A stretch of 64,000 bases of DNA from Hyphomicrobiales bacterium (lineage in GTDB: Bacteria > Pseudomonadota > Alphaproteobacteria > JAPOUT01), in the NCBI GenBank assembly GCA_026708545.1, contig JAPOUT010000109.1:1921-65920 (forward strand), given 5' to 3'. Both the position numbers and the translations under genes were made by a program. This document shows positions 1 through 10,241 of this stretch, in pieces. The notes under the pieces were generated by a model. That model made no database searches and was not told the DNA's origin. It worked only from the letters and a program-made list of their open reading frames with translations. Every line of letters begins with the position of its first letter. The stretch's first letter is position 1.

Positions 1-767
1 CCGAGTCCCTTAGCCGTATAGAGCAAAGTGACATTGCAGAACCCGTCATCCTCCGACCCTTCAGCTGGCCTATTTTTGCGGTCAACCACAAGAAGGGTCT
101 TATGACGGACAAGAAGATTCGCCGGGCGGTTCAGGCGGCACTGCCGATTGACGACATGCTTTTTGCTGCTTGGGGCGATGAGCAATTCTTCGTTGTTGAC
201 GCCTCGCTCTTTCCCGAGGGTTGGGTATGGGACAATGAAGGCGGAGCCGAACTCTACAATCAGAACGACTCGGAGAAGGCAAGGGCATTACTCGAAGAAG
301 CAGGTTATGATGGTGCGCCGTTACGCATCCTGACTTCCCGGCAATACGAGTATCACTTCAAAATGGCTGAGGTGGCCAAACTTGCATTCGAGACATCTGG
401 CTTTACCGTGCGTATGGATGTCGTGGATTGGGCGACGCTCGGCCAGCGGAGAGACGACCCTGACCTTTGGGACATCTACATCACGCACTCGCCGTTTTTG
501 CCGGAACCCGCTCTCACCACTCTCTGGAACGTTTCCGCTCGCACAGGCTGGGGCAATCCGGAAAAGGAGGCCGCGCTCGCGCAGTTCACGGCAGAGACCG
601 ACTTAGCGGAACGGCAGAAGCTTTTCACCGAAATGCAGCGGCTAAACTACGAGGATGTGGGCTTTATCAAAATTGGTGCATTCAACGCGCTGACGGGTCA
701 GCGGAAAGGCCTTACCGGGGTCCCTCCCAATCCATGGCCGTTCTTCTGGAATGCATCGATAAAGTAA
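1..767 (+). CDS. ABC transporter substrate-binding protein (family 5, peptide/nickel type), C-terminal part; 5' end outside window
   Basis: ORF frame runs to window edge; C-terminal region typical of DppA/OppA-like SBPs; followed by two permeases and two ATPases. Confidence 0.75.
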   Translation, partial: ESLSRIEQSDIAEPVILRPFSWPIFAVNHKKGLMTDKKIRRAVQAALPIDDMLFAAWGDEQFFVVDASLFPEGWVWDNEGGAELYNQNDSEKARALLEEAGYDGAPLRILTSRQYEYHFKMAEVAKLAFETSGFTVRMDVVDWATLGQRRDDPDLWDIYITHSPFLPEPALTTLWNVSARTGWGNPEKEAALAQFTAETDLAERQKLFTEMQRLNYEDVGFIKIGAFNALTGQRKGLTGVPPNPWPFFWNASIK

Positions 768-830
768 CCCTGGCTAGGCCGGACGATCGAAACCGTCTGT
801 GGTTATCGGTAGTTCAGGCGGAGGAGAAGG

Positions 831-1772
831 TTGAAGCACTATCTATTGAGGCGGTTTTTCGGCATGGCCGCGGTGGTGCTGATCGTGCTGACCGTAGCCT
901 TCGTCATTGTGAGACTGGCCCCGGGAGATCCGGCTTCTCTTATGCTCGGCCCCGACGCTACGCCCGAAGAGGCTGCGGAGTTGCGGGCGAGGCTCGGGCT
1001 TGATCGCCCGATAGCTGTTCAGTACTTTACCTTCATTGCGAATGCGGTGAGAGGTGACCTCGGAGACTCTCTCTACTTCAATCAACCGGTCACGAAGGTA
1101 CTCGCGCTCCGAGCCGAGCCTACCGTGTTTCTAGCGCTTCTTTCGTTGATTTTTGCATTGATTGTCGCCGTGCCTATCGGCATCTACGCAGCTTACAGAC
1201 GAGGAAGTTTCTTTGACCAATCCGCGATTTCCGCAGCTATGCTGGCTGCCTCCGTTCCGAGTTTCTGGACGGGATTGATAGCACAACGATGGCTTGCAAC
1301 CGAATATGGCTGGTTTCCCGCTTCCGGTTATGGCGGACCAGATGCGGATTTCCTCAGTCGCATGGCCTACCTTATTCTGCCTTCCTTTGTGCTTGGAATT
1401 GTCAACTCTGCGCTGATTCTCAGGTTTACACGCGCCTCAATGCTTGACGTCCTTGGTGAAGATTACATCCGCACCGCACGATCGAAGGGCATGGGGGAGG
1501 CCCGAGTTGTTCTTCGCCATGCTCTCAGGAATGCCGGAATTCCAATCATTACAGTGGTTGGTCTTACCCTCGCCCTGCTGGTATCAGGTGCCGTGGTGAC
1601 CGAGCGAGTCTTTAATATTCCAGGAATGGGCAATCTTGTGGTCAATGCCGTTTTGAGGCGGGATTATCCGGTGATACAGGGAACGCTAATCGTGGTGGCT
1701 GTGCTTTACGTCCTTATAAACCTTGTCTCCGACCTGCTTTACCTTTTGGTTGACAAAAGAGTGCGCTACTGA
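831..1772 (+). CDS. ABC transporter permease (DppB/OppB-like)
   Basis: 313 aa, N-terminal TM then binding-protein-dependent transport signature; position after SBP. Confidence 0.85.
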   Translation: MKHYLLRRFFGMAAVVLIVLTVAFVIVRLAPGDPASLMLGPDATPEEAAELRARLGLDRPIAVQYFTFIANAVRGDLGDSLYFNQPVTKVLALRAEPTVFLALLSLIFALIVAVPIGIYAAYRRGSFFDQSAISAAMLAASVPSFWTGLIAQRWLATEYGWFPASGYGGPDADFLSRMAYLILPSFVLGIVNSALILRFTRASMLDVLGEDYIRTARSKGMGEARVVLRHALRNAGIPIITVVGLTLALLVSGAVVTERVFNIPGMGNLVVNAVLRRDYPVIQGTLIVVAVLYVLINLVSDLLYLLVDKRVRY

Positions 1773-2629
1773 TGTCCGGAGCAGTCACATATGAAGAGCG
1801 TGGCGTTATAGCCTCGATGCTTTCACGACGGTCAGTGGCGGTAGCGTTTGTCTTTTTTCTTCTTGTGCTTCTGGTCGTGATGGCAGCTCCGTTGCTCGCT
1901 CCCTCGGACCCGGCTGCGATGTCAGTGCGCCAGCGGTTGACGCCACCTGGTGAAGAATTCCTCCTCGGAGCCGATGCATTCGGACGTAGCGTCCTCTCAA
2001 GGATTCTGTACGCAGGCAGGGTAACGCTGGCGATTGGTGCAGGTGTTGCCGTTCTGTCATCCATAGTCGGCATTCTGATTGGGCTAATTGCCGGATTCTT
2101 TCGTTCTCTTGACGGACTGGTCTCGCGGTTCATAGATGCCATGATGTCCTTTCCCGATATCCTGCTTGCAATATCTCTGGTTGCCATCTTGGGAGGATCC
2201 ATGATTAATGTGATTGTTGCCCTGTCCATCGTTTACACGCCCCGTATCGCACGCATCGTCAGAGCGTCAACACTGGTGGTTCGGGAATTGCCTTATATCG
2301 AAGCGGCTCAAGCCCTTGGCTCATCTTCCACTTATATACTTTTGCGGCATGTCTTATTAAATATTCTCTCACCCATCATTGTTCAAGCAACATTTATTTT
2401 TGCGTACGCGATGCTGGCGGAAGCGGGGCTTTCCTTCCTAGGAGTCGGGGTGGATCCATCCACGCCAACTTGGGGAATAATGATTAACGAGGGTAGGCAA
2501 TATATAGACCAGGCACCGTTCCTTATACTTTTTCCCGGTTTGGCTATATCCTTCTGCGTGCTCAGTTTGCAACTGGTCGGTGATGGTCTTCGCGACGCGC
2601 TTGACCCAAGAATAGCGAGGCAGATGTAA
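1772..2629 (+). CDS. ABC transporter permease (DppC/OppC-like)
   Basis: 285 aa; start overlaps upstream stop; DppC-like inner membrane component. Confidence 0.85.
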   Translation: MSGAVTYEERGVIASMLSRRSVAVAFVFFLLVLLVVMAAPLLAPSDPAAMSVRQRLTPPGEEFLLGADAFGRSVLSRILYAGRVTLAIGAGVAVLSSIVGILIGLIAGFFRSLDGLVSRFIDAMMSFPDILLAISLVAILGGSMINVIVALSIVYTPRIARIVRASTLVVRELPYIEAAQALGSSSTYILLRHVLLNILSPIIVQATFIFAYAMLAEAGLSFLGVGVDPSTPTWGIMINEGRQYIDQAPFLILFPGLAISFCVLSLQLVGDGLRDALDPRIARQM

Positions 2630-2630
2630 G

Positions 2631-3758
2631 ATGGCTCTAACAATTACAAATTTCCAACCAGTCGGTTTGGACGAGGCGCCGGCGGAGATTCGCATAGACG
2701 ACAACGGATTTGTGACCAATGAACGCTTTAAAAAATCAGAATTCATTGATGCAAAGGGTGCTTACCTTTCAGCAGGTTGGTGCGACCTTCATGTTCACGT
2801 CTGGCACGGCGGCACGGATATCTCTGTTCGCGCATCCCAGGCAGGCCGTGCAACCGGCGTCACTGCCATGGCAGATGCAGGTTCCGCAGGCGAGGGCAGC
2901 TTTCACGGGTTGCGGGAGTACGTCATCAATCCTGCCGCGGAAACGATACGCGCGTTCATAAACATCGGATCCATCGGGTTGGTGGCGTGTAATCGCATTC
3001 CTGAATTAGCTGACCTTAGGTCCATAGACATTGACCGGACGCTTGAGGTAATCGAGTCTAACCGTGATGTGATTTGTGGCGTCAAGGTGCGAGCTAGCGG
3101 AGCCATTGTCGGGACATGGGGCATCACGCCGCTCCGCATTGCAAAGCGCGTTGCTGAAATCGCCAAACTGCCATTAATGGCTCATATCGGCGAACCGCCG
3201 CCGATGGTCGATGAGGTGCTTCCTATTCTCTCTCAAGGCGATATTGTGACGCACTGCTTCAATGGAAAACCAGCGGGTTCGATTGCTGATACTGACGAAC
3301 TTTGGCGTATGGCACGCCAGGCTGCAGACAGGGGGATTCGTGTGGATGTTGGTCATGGCGCCGCTTCATTTGATATGGACGTTGCGAGGCGGGCAATCGA
3401 GGAAGATTTCGAGCCTTTCTCGATCTCGACCGATCTTCACCTTGGGAACATAAACGGACCCGTATACGACATGGCCTTTACAGTATCCAAGATGCACGCG
3501 CTCGGAATGGAAATTGAAGCCTGTATCGCGGCGATTACCGAGCGTCCGCGCAGCGTTCTTCAACTGCCAGCCCGTCAGAACGCAGCTCTCGGCGCTCGTG
3601 CTGACTTTACTCTCTTCCGGATCATTGATGCCGATGCGGAAGCTACTGACTCCATGGGAAAGACACTTCAACTTTCGAAGTTGTTTAAGCCTTTCGCAAC
3701 CGTCATCGGGTCATCTTATTCTTCCGCTGGCACCCGTCTTCCCAACCGTGAGCTTTAG
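2631..3758 (+). CDS. amidohydrolase-family metallo-dependent hydrolase
   Basis: 375 aa; 'DLHVHVWHGG' metal-binding HxH motif near N-terminus typical of amidohydrolase/deacetylase superfamily. Confidence 0.7.
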   Translation: MALTITNFQPVGLDEAPAEIRIDDNGFVTNERFKKSEFIDAKGAYLSAGWCDLHVHVWHGGTDISVRASQAGRATGVTAMADAGSAGEGSFHGLREYVINPAAETIRAFINIGSIGLVACNRIPELADLRSIDIDRTLEVIESNRDVICGVKVRASGAIVGTWGITPLRIAKRVAEIAKLPLMAHIGEPPPMVDEVLPILSQGDIVTHCFNGKPAGSIADTDELWRMARQAADRGIRVDVGHGAASFDMDVARRAIEEDFEPFSISTDLHLGNINGPVYDMAFTVSKMHALGMEIEACIAAITERPRSVLQLPARQNAALGARADFTLFRIIDADAEATDSMGKTLQLSKLFKPFATVIGSSYSSAGTRLPNREL

Positions 3759-3762
3759 TGCA

Positions 3763-4773
3763 ATGAGTAAACACTGTGAAATCCTGGAGATTGAAGGACT
3801 GCACGTTTCTTTTCAAGACGGGCATTCGAGCGTGACAGCTCTTAGAGATGTAGGTTTCACCATACAAAAAGGCAAGACTCTTGCGCTCGTCGGCGAGAGC
3901 GGTTCGGGTAAATCTGTGACTTCTTTGGCGATTATGGGACTCCTTCCGAATAATGCTCGCATCGAATCCCGTCGCATGCGCTTTTATCCGGTCGCGGACG
4001 GTGACGCATTGGATCTGGACCGGCTAAAACCCAAAACCATGAGGGAACTGCGTGGGCGCCGTATCGCAATGATATTTCAGGAGCCGATGTCGTCACTCAA
4101 TCCACTCTATTCGATTGGAGACCAGATTGGAGAAATGCTTCTTTTGCATGAAGGGTTGGACGCTAGTGCACGAAAGAATCGTGTGATAGAGATACTGGAA
4201 CTTGTCGAAATTCCAAGTGCCGCACAACGCTATAATGCATGGCCTCACGAGTTTTCGGGTGGTATGCGGCAACGAGTTATGATTGCGCTGGCGTTGGTAT
4301 GCAAACCCTCGCTGTTGATAGCGGATGAACCGACCACAGCTTTGGATGTTACCATCCAAGCTCAAATTCTCGATCTAATGCGTCGTCTTCAATCAGAACT
4401 TGAGATGTCTATCCTGTTCATCACGCATGATATGGGTGTCGTAGCCGAAATGGCTGACGATGTGGCGGTTATGTATGCTGGGCAAATCGTTGAACGGACG
4501 GACACCAGAAAGTTGTTTTCTGCACCACGACACCCATACACCCAAGGATTGCTGGCATCAATTCCACGGCATGGCAGGGCCCGGAATCAGCGAATTGTTC
4601 CAATTCCTGGAAGTGTTCCTTCGTTGCGTGCGATGCCGCCGGGTTGCAGCTTTGCACCACGTTGCAGTTTCTCCGAAACGCAGTGCCGGGTCGAAAGTAT
4701 TGACCTGCTGGAGCCGGCACATGGTCATCTATCGAGGTGCATCCGCATGGATAAGGTGCCTGCCAATGGTTAA
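3763..4773 (+). CDS. ABC transporter ATP-binding protein (DppD/OppD-like)
   Basis: Start reassigned to ATG 3763 ([13 protein letters not shown]...), 4 nt after amidohydrolase stop; Walker [14 protein letters not shown]-like FSGGMRQR, C-terminal oligopeptide-type extension. Confidence 0.85.
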   Translation: MSKHCEILEIEGLHVSFQDGHSSVTALRDVGFTIQKGKTLALVGESGSGKSVTSLAIMGLLPNNARIESRRMRFYPVADGDALDLDRLKPKTMRELRGRRIAMIFQEPMSSLNPLYSIGDQIGEMLLLHEGLDASARKNRVIEILELVEIPSAAQRYNAWPHEFSGGMRQRVMIALALVCKPSLLIADEPTTALDVTIQAQILDLMRRLQSELEMSILFITHDMGVVAEMADDVAVMYAGQIVERTDTRKLFSAPRHPYTQGLLASIPRHGRARNQRIVPIPGSVPSLRAMPPGCSFAPRCSFSETQCRVESIDLLEPAHGHLSRCIRMDKVPANG

Positions 4774-5722
4774 ACCTCTTGTTTCCATTCGAGGGTTGTC
4801 CAAGACTTTCCCAAGTGACCGAGGTCCGGTCTTTGCCATTCAAGATGTTAGTTTTGACATTCCCAAGGGCAGCATCATGGGTCTTGTCGGAGAGTCAGGG
4901 TCAGGTAAAACCACACTCGGGCGGACCATACTAAGACTAATCGAACCTACATCAGGGACCACAATTTTTGACGATAAGGATTTGAACACTCTCGATGCAA
5001 CAGACATGCGCACCATGCGGCGGAGAATGCAAATTATTTTTCAGGATCCTGTTGCATCGCTCAATCCCAGGATGAGGGTACGAGAAATAATCGCCGAAGG
5101 GCTGGTCGCGCATGGCATCGGTTCCCGTCGCGAGCGTGAAGATAAAGTTGTCGCGTTACTCGAAGAGGTTGGTTTGCAGCCCGAAGATGCACATCGCTTT
5201 CCGCACGAATTCTCCGGGGGACAAAAACAGCGCATTGGGATTGCAAGAGCTCTTGCGCTCGACCCGGATTTCATTGTGGCGGACGAAAGCGTTTCTGCAC
5301 TTGATGTTTCAATTCAGGCTCAAGTGCTCAATCTGCTTCTGGACATCCGTGACCGCCGTAGTTTGACAATGCTGTTCATCGCCCATGATCTGTCTGTCGT
5401 CGAATATCTGTGCGACCTGACAACGGTCATGTACCTCGGCCGTGCCGTGGAAATCGGGCCGTCCCATATCGTTTACACCAAGCCGGTTCATCCTTACACG
5501 CGGGCATTGCTCTCGGCCATTCCAGAACCCAAACCGGATGCGGTGAGTGGCAGGGAAATTCTGCAAGGGGACATCCCGTCGCCTCTGGCACCACCTTCCG
5601 GATGCGTTTTTCGCACGCGATGCCGGCATTCGAATACAACCTGCGCAGAAGCGCTCCCTTTGCTAACCCCTTGGGGTGCAGGACGCGAAGCCGCCTGTAT
5701 CAGGCTTTCTGAAATTTCATGA
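4766..5722 (+). CDS. ABC transporter ATP-binding protein (DppF/OppF-like)
   Basis: Start reassigned to ATG 4766 ([11 protein letters not shown]...), overlapping upstream stop; Walker A GESGSGKT, signature FSGGQKQR. Confidence 0.85.
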   Translation: MVKPLVSIRGLSKTFPSDRGPVFAIQDVSFDIPKGSIMGLVGESGSGKTTLGRTILRLIEPTSGTTIFDDKDLNTLDATDMRTMRRRMQIIFQDPVASLNPRMRVREIIAEGLVAHGIGSRREREDKVVALLEEVGLQPEDAHRFPHEFSGGQKQRIGIARALALDPDFIVADESVSALDVSIQAQVLNLLLDIRDRRSLTMLFIAHDLSVVEYLCDLTTVMYLGRAVEIGPSHIVYTKPVHPYTRALLSAIPEPKPDAVSGREILQGDIPSPLAPPSGCVFRTRCRHSNTTCAEALPLLTPWGAGREAACIRLSEIS

Positions 5723-6201
5723 GCACTTCAATTTCATTCGAAAAGCGGCTTGCCGCGGCAGGTATCAATCTTCCGGAGGCACCTCCGGAGCCTATTGGCT
5801 GTTTCAGAAACGTTATTGTTCATGCGGGCTTGGCGTGGGTGTCGGGCCAAGGGCCCGTGCATCCCGATGGTCGTCTGGAGCGTGGCAAGGTGGGCTCGGA
5901 TGTGACTGCGGAGACTGCTCGCACCCATGCACGCCTTGTCGGTTTGAATATCCTTTCTGCTTTGCGCGCTACCGTCGGTGACCTCGATAAGATTGAGCGC
6001 GTGGTGAAACTTCATGGCCTGGTGAATGCAGTGCCCGATTTCGAGCGTCACCCCTTTGTCATTGATGGTGCGTCAGAATTGATGGCCGAGGTATTTGGCG
6101 AACATGGATTCCATGGCCGCACCTCTTTCGGGGTCGGTTCACTTCCCAACAACATCACCGTCGAAATCGACGGCGTGTTTGCAATTAGGTCCACGAGATG
6201 A
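5719..6201 (+). CDS. RidA family protein (YjgF/TdcF-like reactive intermediate deaminase)
   Basis: 160 aa, YjgF/chorismate-mutase-like fold family length and conserved C-terminal region. Confidence 0.75.
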   Translation: MSTSISFEKRLAAAGINLPEAPPEPIGCFRNVIVHAGLAWVSGQGPVHPDGRLERGKVGSDVTAETARTHARLVGLNILSALRATVGDLDKIERVVKLHGLVNAVPDFERHPFVIDGASELMAEVFGEHGFHGRTSFGVGSLPNNITVEIDGVFAIRSTR

Positions 6202-6215
6202 TGCTGACAAAGGTA

Positions 6216-7007
6216 TCAGCATCCTATCCTGTCCTCAATTGCCGCCGCAGCCTCGCGTACCGCTGCAATCAATTTCGGACCTTTCTTGTCCATCTGCTTT
6301 TCCGACAACACGATGGATATTGTTGCTCTGCACGTGCCGCCAGGGTCGCGAATCGGAGAAGCAATACAAGCGACCGAATACTCCGAATCCGATATCTGAA
6401 TCGACAATCTTGCTGCGAAATCCGTTCGAGCCTGTTTTGCAAGGAGAGCGGGGTTGGTCTCCGCACGGCCTGTCGGAGATGGGCACGCATGAATTGTGAA
6501 AAGTTTGCGTGCCTCGGATTCTGGCAAGTGGCCGAGGAGAAGTTTACCGGAGGCCGTCCAGTTCAAAGGCACACGGGTTCCTACATTCGAAGTGACGCGG
6601 AAGTGACCTTCCCCCTCAGTCATCGCGAGAACTACCATCATTCCTTCGTCACGGCTGCAAATCTGCACCGTCTCTCCGGTTCGTTTCCGGAGGCGTTCCA
6701 TTTCCTTGCGTGCTTCCGAGAAGAAGTCGAGTTTTGTTCGGTAAAGGAGGCCATAGCGCATGAGCCTCGGTCCTAACCAAATCTCTTTTTCGCCTGCGCG
6801 CGATAGGAGACCACGATCGATCATGCCATCGACAGTACGGTATATCGTGGAAATCGGTGCTCCAATCGTTGTTGCGATTTGGTATGCGGTCATCGGTTGC
6901 TGTTGTTCCGTGAGAGCGTCAAGGACTTGTAACGTCCGATCGATGCCAGTCTGGCGTTGCCTGGTTGGCGTATCCGCGCCGGTTGTGGTATGCACCATAT
7001 CATCCAT
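6216..7007 (-). CDS. IclR family transcriptional regulator
   Basis: Start trimmed to internal ATG (MDDMVHTTT...); N-terminal wHTH then IclR effector domain; divergent from the PLP-enzyme gene. Confidence 0.8.
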   Translation of the reverse strand: MDDMVHTTTGADTPTRQRQTGIDRTLQVLDALTEQQQPMTAYQIATTIGAPISTIYRTVDGMIDRGLLSRAGEKEIWLGPRLMRYGLLYRTKLDFFSEARKEMERLRKRTGETVQICSRDEGMMVVLAMTEGEGHFRVTSNVGTRVPLNWTASGKLLLGHLPESEARKLFTIHACPSPTGRAETNPALLAKQARTDFAARLSIQISDSEYSVACIASPIRDPGGTCRATISIVLSEKQMDKKGPKLIAAVREAAAAIEDRIGC

Positions 7008-7059
7008 TGTAATGGAATAGCAGGTAAATAAATGCCAGTCAAACAGAAAGAGTTTCGCA

Positions 7060-8277
7060 GTGGTCAAACATAAAGTTGCATGGCACGTGAGACACGGTTT
7101 TAAACCGCTCATTAATGTTTCGGGTACGATGACCACTCTTGGCGCATCAATTGCTTCGCCCGAAGTTGTTGCTGCAACGGCTGAAGCGATGGAGCATTTT
7201 GTCGTGATACACCAAGCGCAAGCAAGGGCGAGCACGGCTATCGTGCAGGCAACCGGAGCGGAAGCCGGGTGCCTTACGGCTTCGGCAAGTGCAGGGGTTA
7301 CGCTATCAGTTGCAGCGTGCATGACAGGCCTTGATCCTGCACGGGTTCAAGCGTTACCTATCGATCCGGGACCACGAAGTGAAGTTATAGTGCAGGCTGG
7401 GCACCTCTGTGGCTACGGGGCTCCCATCGAGCAGGCCGTGGCCTTAACTGGAGCTCGTGTCAAACCGGTGGGACAATCGACGGTTTGCTCTGACTACCAG
7501 ATAGAGGGGGCCATTGGTGAAAAAACTGCCGCGGGTCTCTACGTGGTATCGCATCACGTCGTACACTATGGACAGTGTCCGCTCGCCCGCTTTGTGGAGT
7601 TGTGCCATGCTGCGGACGTGCCGGTGATTGTGGATGCGGCATCGGAATACGATCTGCGCGGCTTTTTGCAGGCTGGTGCAGACCTCGTAATCTACTCCGC
7701 ACACAAATTCTTAGGCGGACCAACCGCGGGTATCATTGCCGGACAGCGGGACTTGGTCAGAGCAGCTTATCTGCAGAACATTGGCATTGGCCGTGGTATG
7801 AAAGTCGGCAAGGAGAGTATTTTGGGCACGATAGCGGCGCTCGAAGCATGGGGAAAACGTGACCATGCCGCTGTGCGGGCACAAGAAACACAGACGCTGG
7901 AGCTATGGATGGAAACACTTGCTGGTCTAAGCGGTGTGACTGCACGACGGGTACCAGATCCCACAGGCAATCCGCTTGAGCGTCTTCAGGTCGAAATTGA
8001 TTCCAATGTGCTCGGCGTTGAGGCGGCAACGGTGGCTCGCATTCTGTCCGAACGCAGTCCCTCGATAATAGTACGCGACCTTGAGGCCGAACTGGGTTAT
8101 TTTCAACTTGACCCTTGCAATCTGAAAGATAACCAGGCGCAAGAGGTTGCAACTGCTCTGCAGGAAGTGTTGAAAAATCCATTAAATCTGACTAGTCACC
8201 CCGAAGATACCCATCTGGCGGCGCGCAATGGTACTGTTGCAGCATATATGCGCTGGGGTGCGACGAAAACGGAATAG
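7060..8277 (+). CDS. SelA-like / DgaE-family PLP-dependent enzyme (putative ammonia-lyase)
   Basis: 405 aa; 'SAHKFLGGPTAGIIAG' PLP-lysine motif characteristic of SelA-like fold-type I enzymes (DgaE family). Confidence 0.7.
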   Translation: MVKHKVAWHVRHGFKPLINVSGTMTTLGASIASPEVVAATAEAMEHFVVIHQAQARASTAIVQATGAEAGCLTASASAGVTLSVAACMTGLDPARVQALPIDPGPRSEVIVQAGHLCGYGAPIEQAVALTGARVKPVGQSTVCSDYQIEGAIGEKTAAGLYVVSHHVVHYGQCPLARFVELCHAADVPVIVDAASEYDLRGFLQAGADLVIYSAHKFLGGPTAGIIAGQRDLVRAAYLQNIGIGRGMKVGKESILGTIAALEAWGKRDHAAVRAQETQTLELWMETLAGLSGVTARRVPDPTGNPLERLQVEIDSNVLGVEAATVARILSERSPSIIVRDLEAELGYFQLDPCNLKDNQAQEVATALQEVLKNPLNLTSHPEDTHLAARNGTVAAYMRWGATKTE

Positions 8278-8547
8278 AATTAGCAAAACAAACTCGTCAG
8301 GTTCATTGAAAGATATGTGGAAGCATTTTAATTTATTACGACACCAAGATCTAATAAGAACCACCACAAAGATTCCTACTTTGTCAAAACAGGAGATGTC
8401 AAACAGTTAGACACCTTTCTGCGGCAATACTCAAAGCCAAGTCGCTAGAAATCCCACGCCGCACTTGCTACACTGCGAAACAATGAAATCAGCTGGCACA
8501 TTCCGCCGGATGGATATGTATGCCACAAACATCTCAACGGAGTTCGC

Positions 8548-10095
8548 ATGAAACTTGATATGAACCCGCAATTTAAAGAGGCCGTCAGATTGATGGAGAA
8601 AACCGATCAGACCCTCTTTATCACGGGTAAAGCCGGAACGGGAAAATCAACGCTTCTGGATTATTTCTGTAACAAGACCAAGAAAAACCCTGTTGTACTG
8701 GCAACAACAGGGGTAGGCGCGCTGAACGTCAAAGGGCAGACCATTCACAACTTTTTTAATTTCTACATTGATGTCACGGTCAAAAAAATCCGCGACAAAG
8801 ATACAAGACCGCGTGACCCAAAAATGTATAAGAAGTTAAAAGTCATCATTATTGATGAAGTTTCCATGCTGCGTGCCGACCTGCTGGATTGCGTTGATGT
8901 TTTCTTGAGAATGTACGGACCGGATGCCAAGAAGGCCTTTGGCGGCGTTCAGATGGTTTTTGTTGGGGATTTATACCAACTGCCGCCGGTGGTCGGCAAA
9001 GAGGAGCGTAAGATTTTTCGCACGCTTTACAAAACGCCTTACTTCTTTAGTGCCAAGGCGCTGGAATCCGTACCGCTGGAGATGGTGGAACTTGAGACCG
9101 TTTACCGTCAGAAGGATAAGCAGTTTGTTGGCCTGTTGAATAAAATCCGAAACAACTCCGTTGAACCGGAAGATGTAGAGGAACTGAATCAACGATATTT
9201 GCCGGATGCAGAAAATCCGCAAGAAGAATTTGCCATCAACCTGACGACAACCAATGCCAAGGCGGATGAAATCAATGAAAGCCACCTGAACGAGCTTGAC
9301 GGAGAACTTCATAGCAGTGAGGCCCTGATACGTGGTGATTTTGGCAAGGAGTGTTATCCAACGGCAACCAATCTGCAATTCAAGGTCGGCTCCCAAATTA
9401 TGCTGCTGAATAATGACCAGAAGAAACGTTGGGTAAACGGCAGTGTCGGCATTATCGAAGCGGTCGTGTGCGATAGAGACGACGAAGAGTATGTGTGCAT
9501 TCGACTGCGCGATAGAGACAAGCAGGTATATGTCTCGCCGTTCACGTGGGAGGTTTTTAAATTTTCCGCCAAAAAAGGCGTGATTGTTTCCGAGCCTGCG
9601 GGGAGCTTTACGCAATATCCGTTCCGGCTGGCATGGGCTGTTACCATCCACAAAAGCCAGGGCAAAACATTCGACAGCGTGGTGATTGATATTGGGCGAG
9701 GTACTTTTGTTAGCGGTCAAACCTATGTCGCGCTTAGCCGTTGCACTTCTTTTGAGGGTATTCAGTTGAGAGTCCCTATCAAAAAGCAACATATCCGGGC
9801 CGACTACCGCATCTATAAATTTCTGACGTCGTATGCTTACAAAAAAGCGGCTGAAACGCTTTCTTTCGATGACAAATTGGCGATGATTGAAAAAGCCATC
9901 GATGGAAAGCGAAAACTGGAAATGACCTATCTCAAGGCCAATGACACAAAATCCAAGCGGGTGGTTATGCCGCTGACAGTGGGCGGGGAAGTTTATGAGG
10001 GATATGATTTCCCCGGGATGCTCGCTTATTGCACCAAACGGAAAGAAGAACGCATGTTCAATGTTGAACGTATCCTTGAATTGCGAGAGGTATGA
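8548..10095 (+). CDS. Pif1/RecD-family ATP-dependent DNA helicase with C-terminal WYL domain
   Basis: Walker A GKAGTGKST, DExx-like IIIDEVSM, Pif1 motifs (VGDLYQLPPV, TIHKSQG); C-terminal ~85 aa matches WYL pattern (..MTYLK..SKRVVMPL...LAYC..R.FNVERI); gene lies in ~45% GC islet. Confidence 0.8.
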   Translation: MKLDMNPQFKEAVRLMEKTDQTLFITGKAGTGKSTLLDYFCNKTKKNPVVLATTGVGALNVKGQTIHNFFNFYIDVTVKKIRDKDTRPRDPKMYKKLKVIIIDEVSMLRADLLDCVDVFLRMYGPDAKKAFGGVQMVFVGDLYQLPPVVGKEERKIFRTLYKTPYFFSAKALESVPLEMVELETVYRQKDKQFVGLLNKIRNNSVEPEDVEELNQRYLPDAENPQEEFAINLTTTNAKADEINESHLNELDGELHSSEALIRGDFGKECYPTATNLQFKVGSQIMLLNNDQKKRWVNGSVGIIEAVVCDRDDEEYVCIRLRDRDKQVYVSPFTWEVFKFSAKKGVIVSEPAGSFTQYPFRLAWAVTIHKSQGKTFDSVVIDIGRGTFVSGQTYVALSRCTSFEGIQLRVPIKKQHIRADYRIYKFLTSYAYKKAAETLSFDDKLAMIEKAIDGKRKLEMTYLKANDTKSKRVVMPLTVGGEVYEGYDFPGMLAYCTKRKEERMFNVERILELREV

Positions 10096-10241
10096 CGGAT
10101 TTTCTTCATTTTCCGGAGGGAATTTGACCGCATTGCAGGCATCGGCGGCATGGTGCGGCTGATAATCAAAAGTGCTATACATCTACGGGTGTTCTGCGCT
10201 ATGTAGCGGCAGGGATGATGCAGGAAAAAGAAAAGGTTGCA

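Noticed and set aside
3514-3762. Long N-terminal extensions of raw ORFs (DppD 3514, DppF 4460, IclR 7322, DUF3501 16926, NrdR 37721, RibE 39179, ThiL 41305, ScpA 23974, ScpB 24687, L19 22512, HisD 51756, the zf-CHCC gene 19915)
   Set aside because: The extensions overlap the preceding gene and have no family similarity. Internal ATGs that abut or overlap the upstream stop reproduce canonical N-termini, so the starts were trimmed.
8971-10182. 403-aa antisense ORF inside the helicase gene; likewise 12711..14042 (443 aa), 11688..12539 (283 aa), 17259..18281 (340 aa), 20637..21167, 6198..6776 and many shorter opposite-strand ORFs
   Set aside because: Each lies entirely antisense to a gene with clear family motifs. 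Their translations are low-complexity or Arg/Pro-rich, as expected from stop-codon-poor frames in GC-rich DNA.
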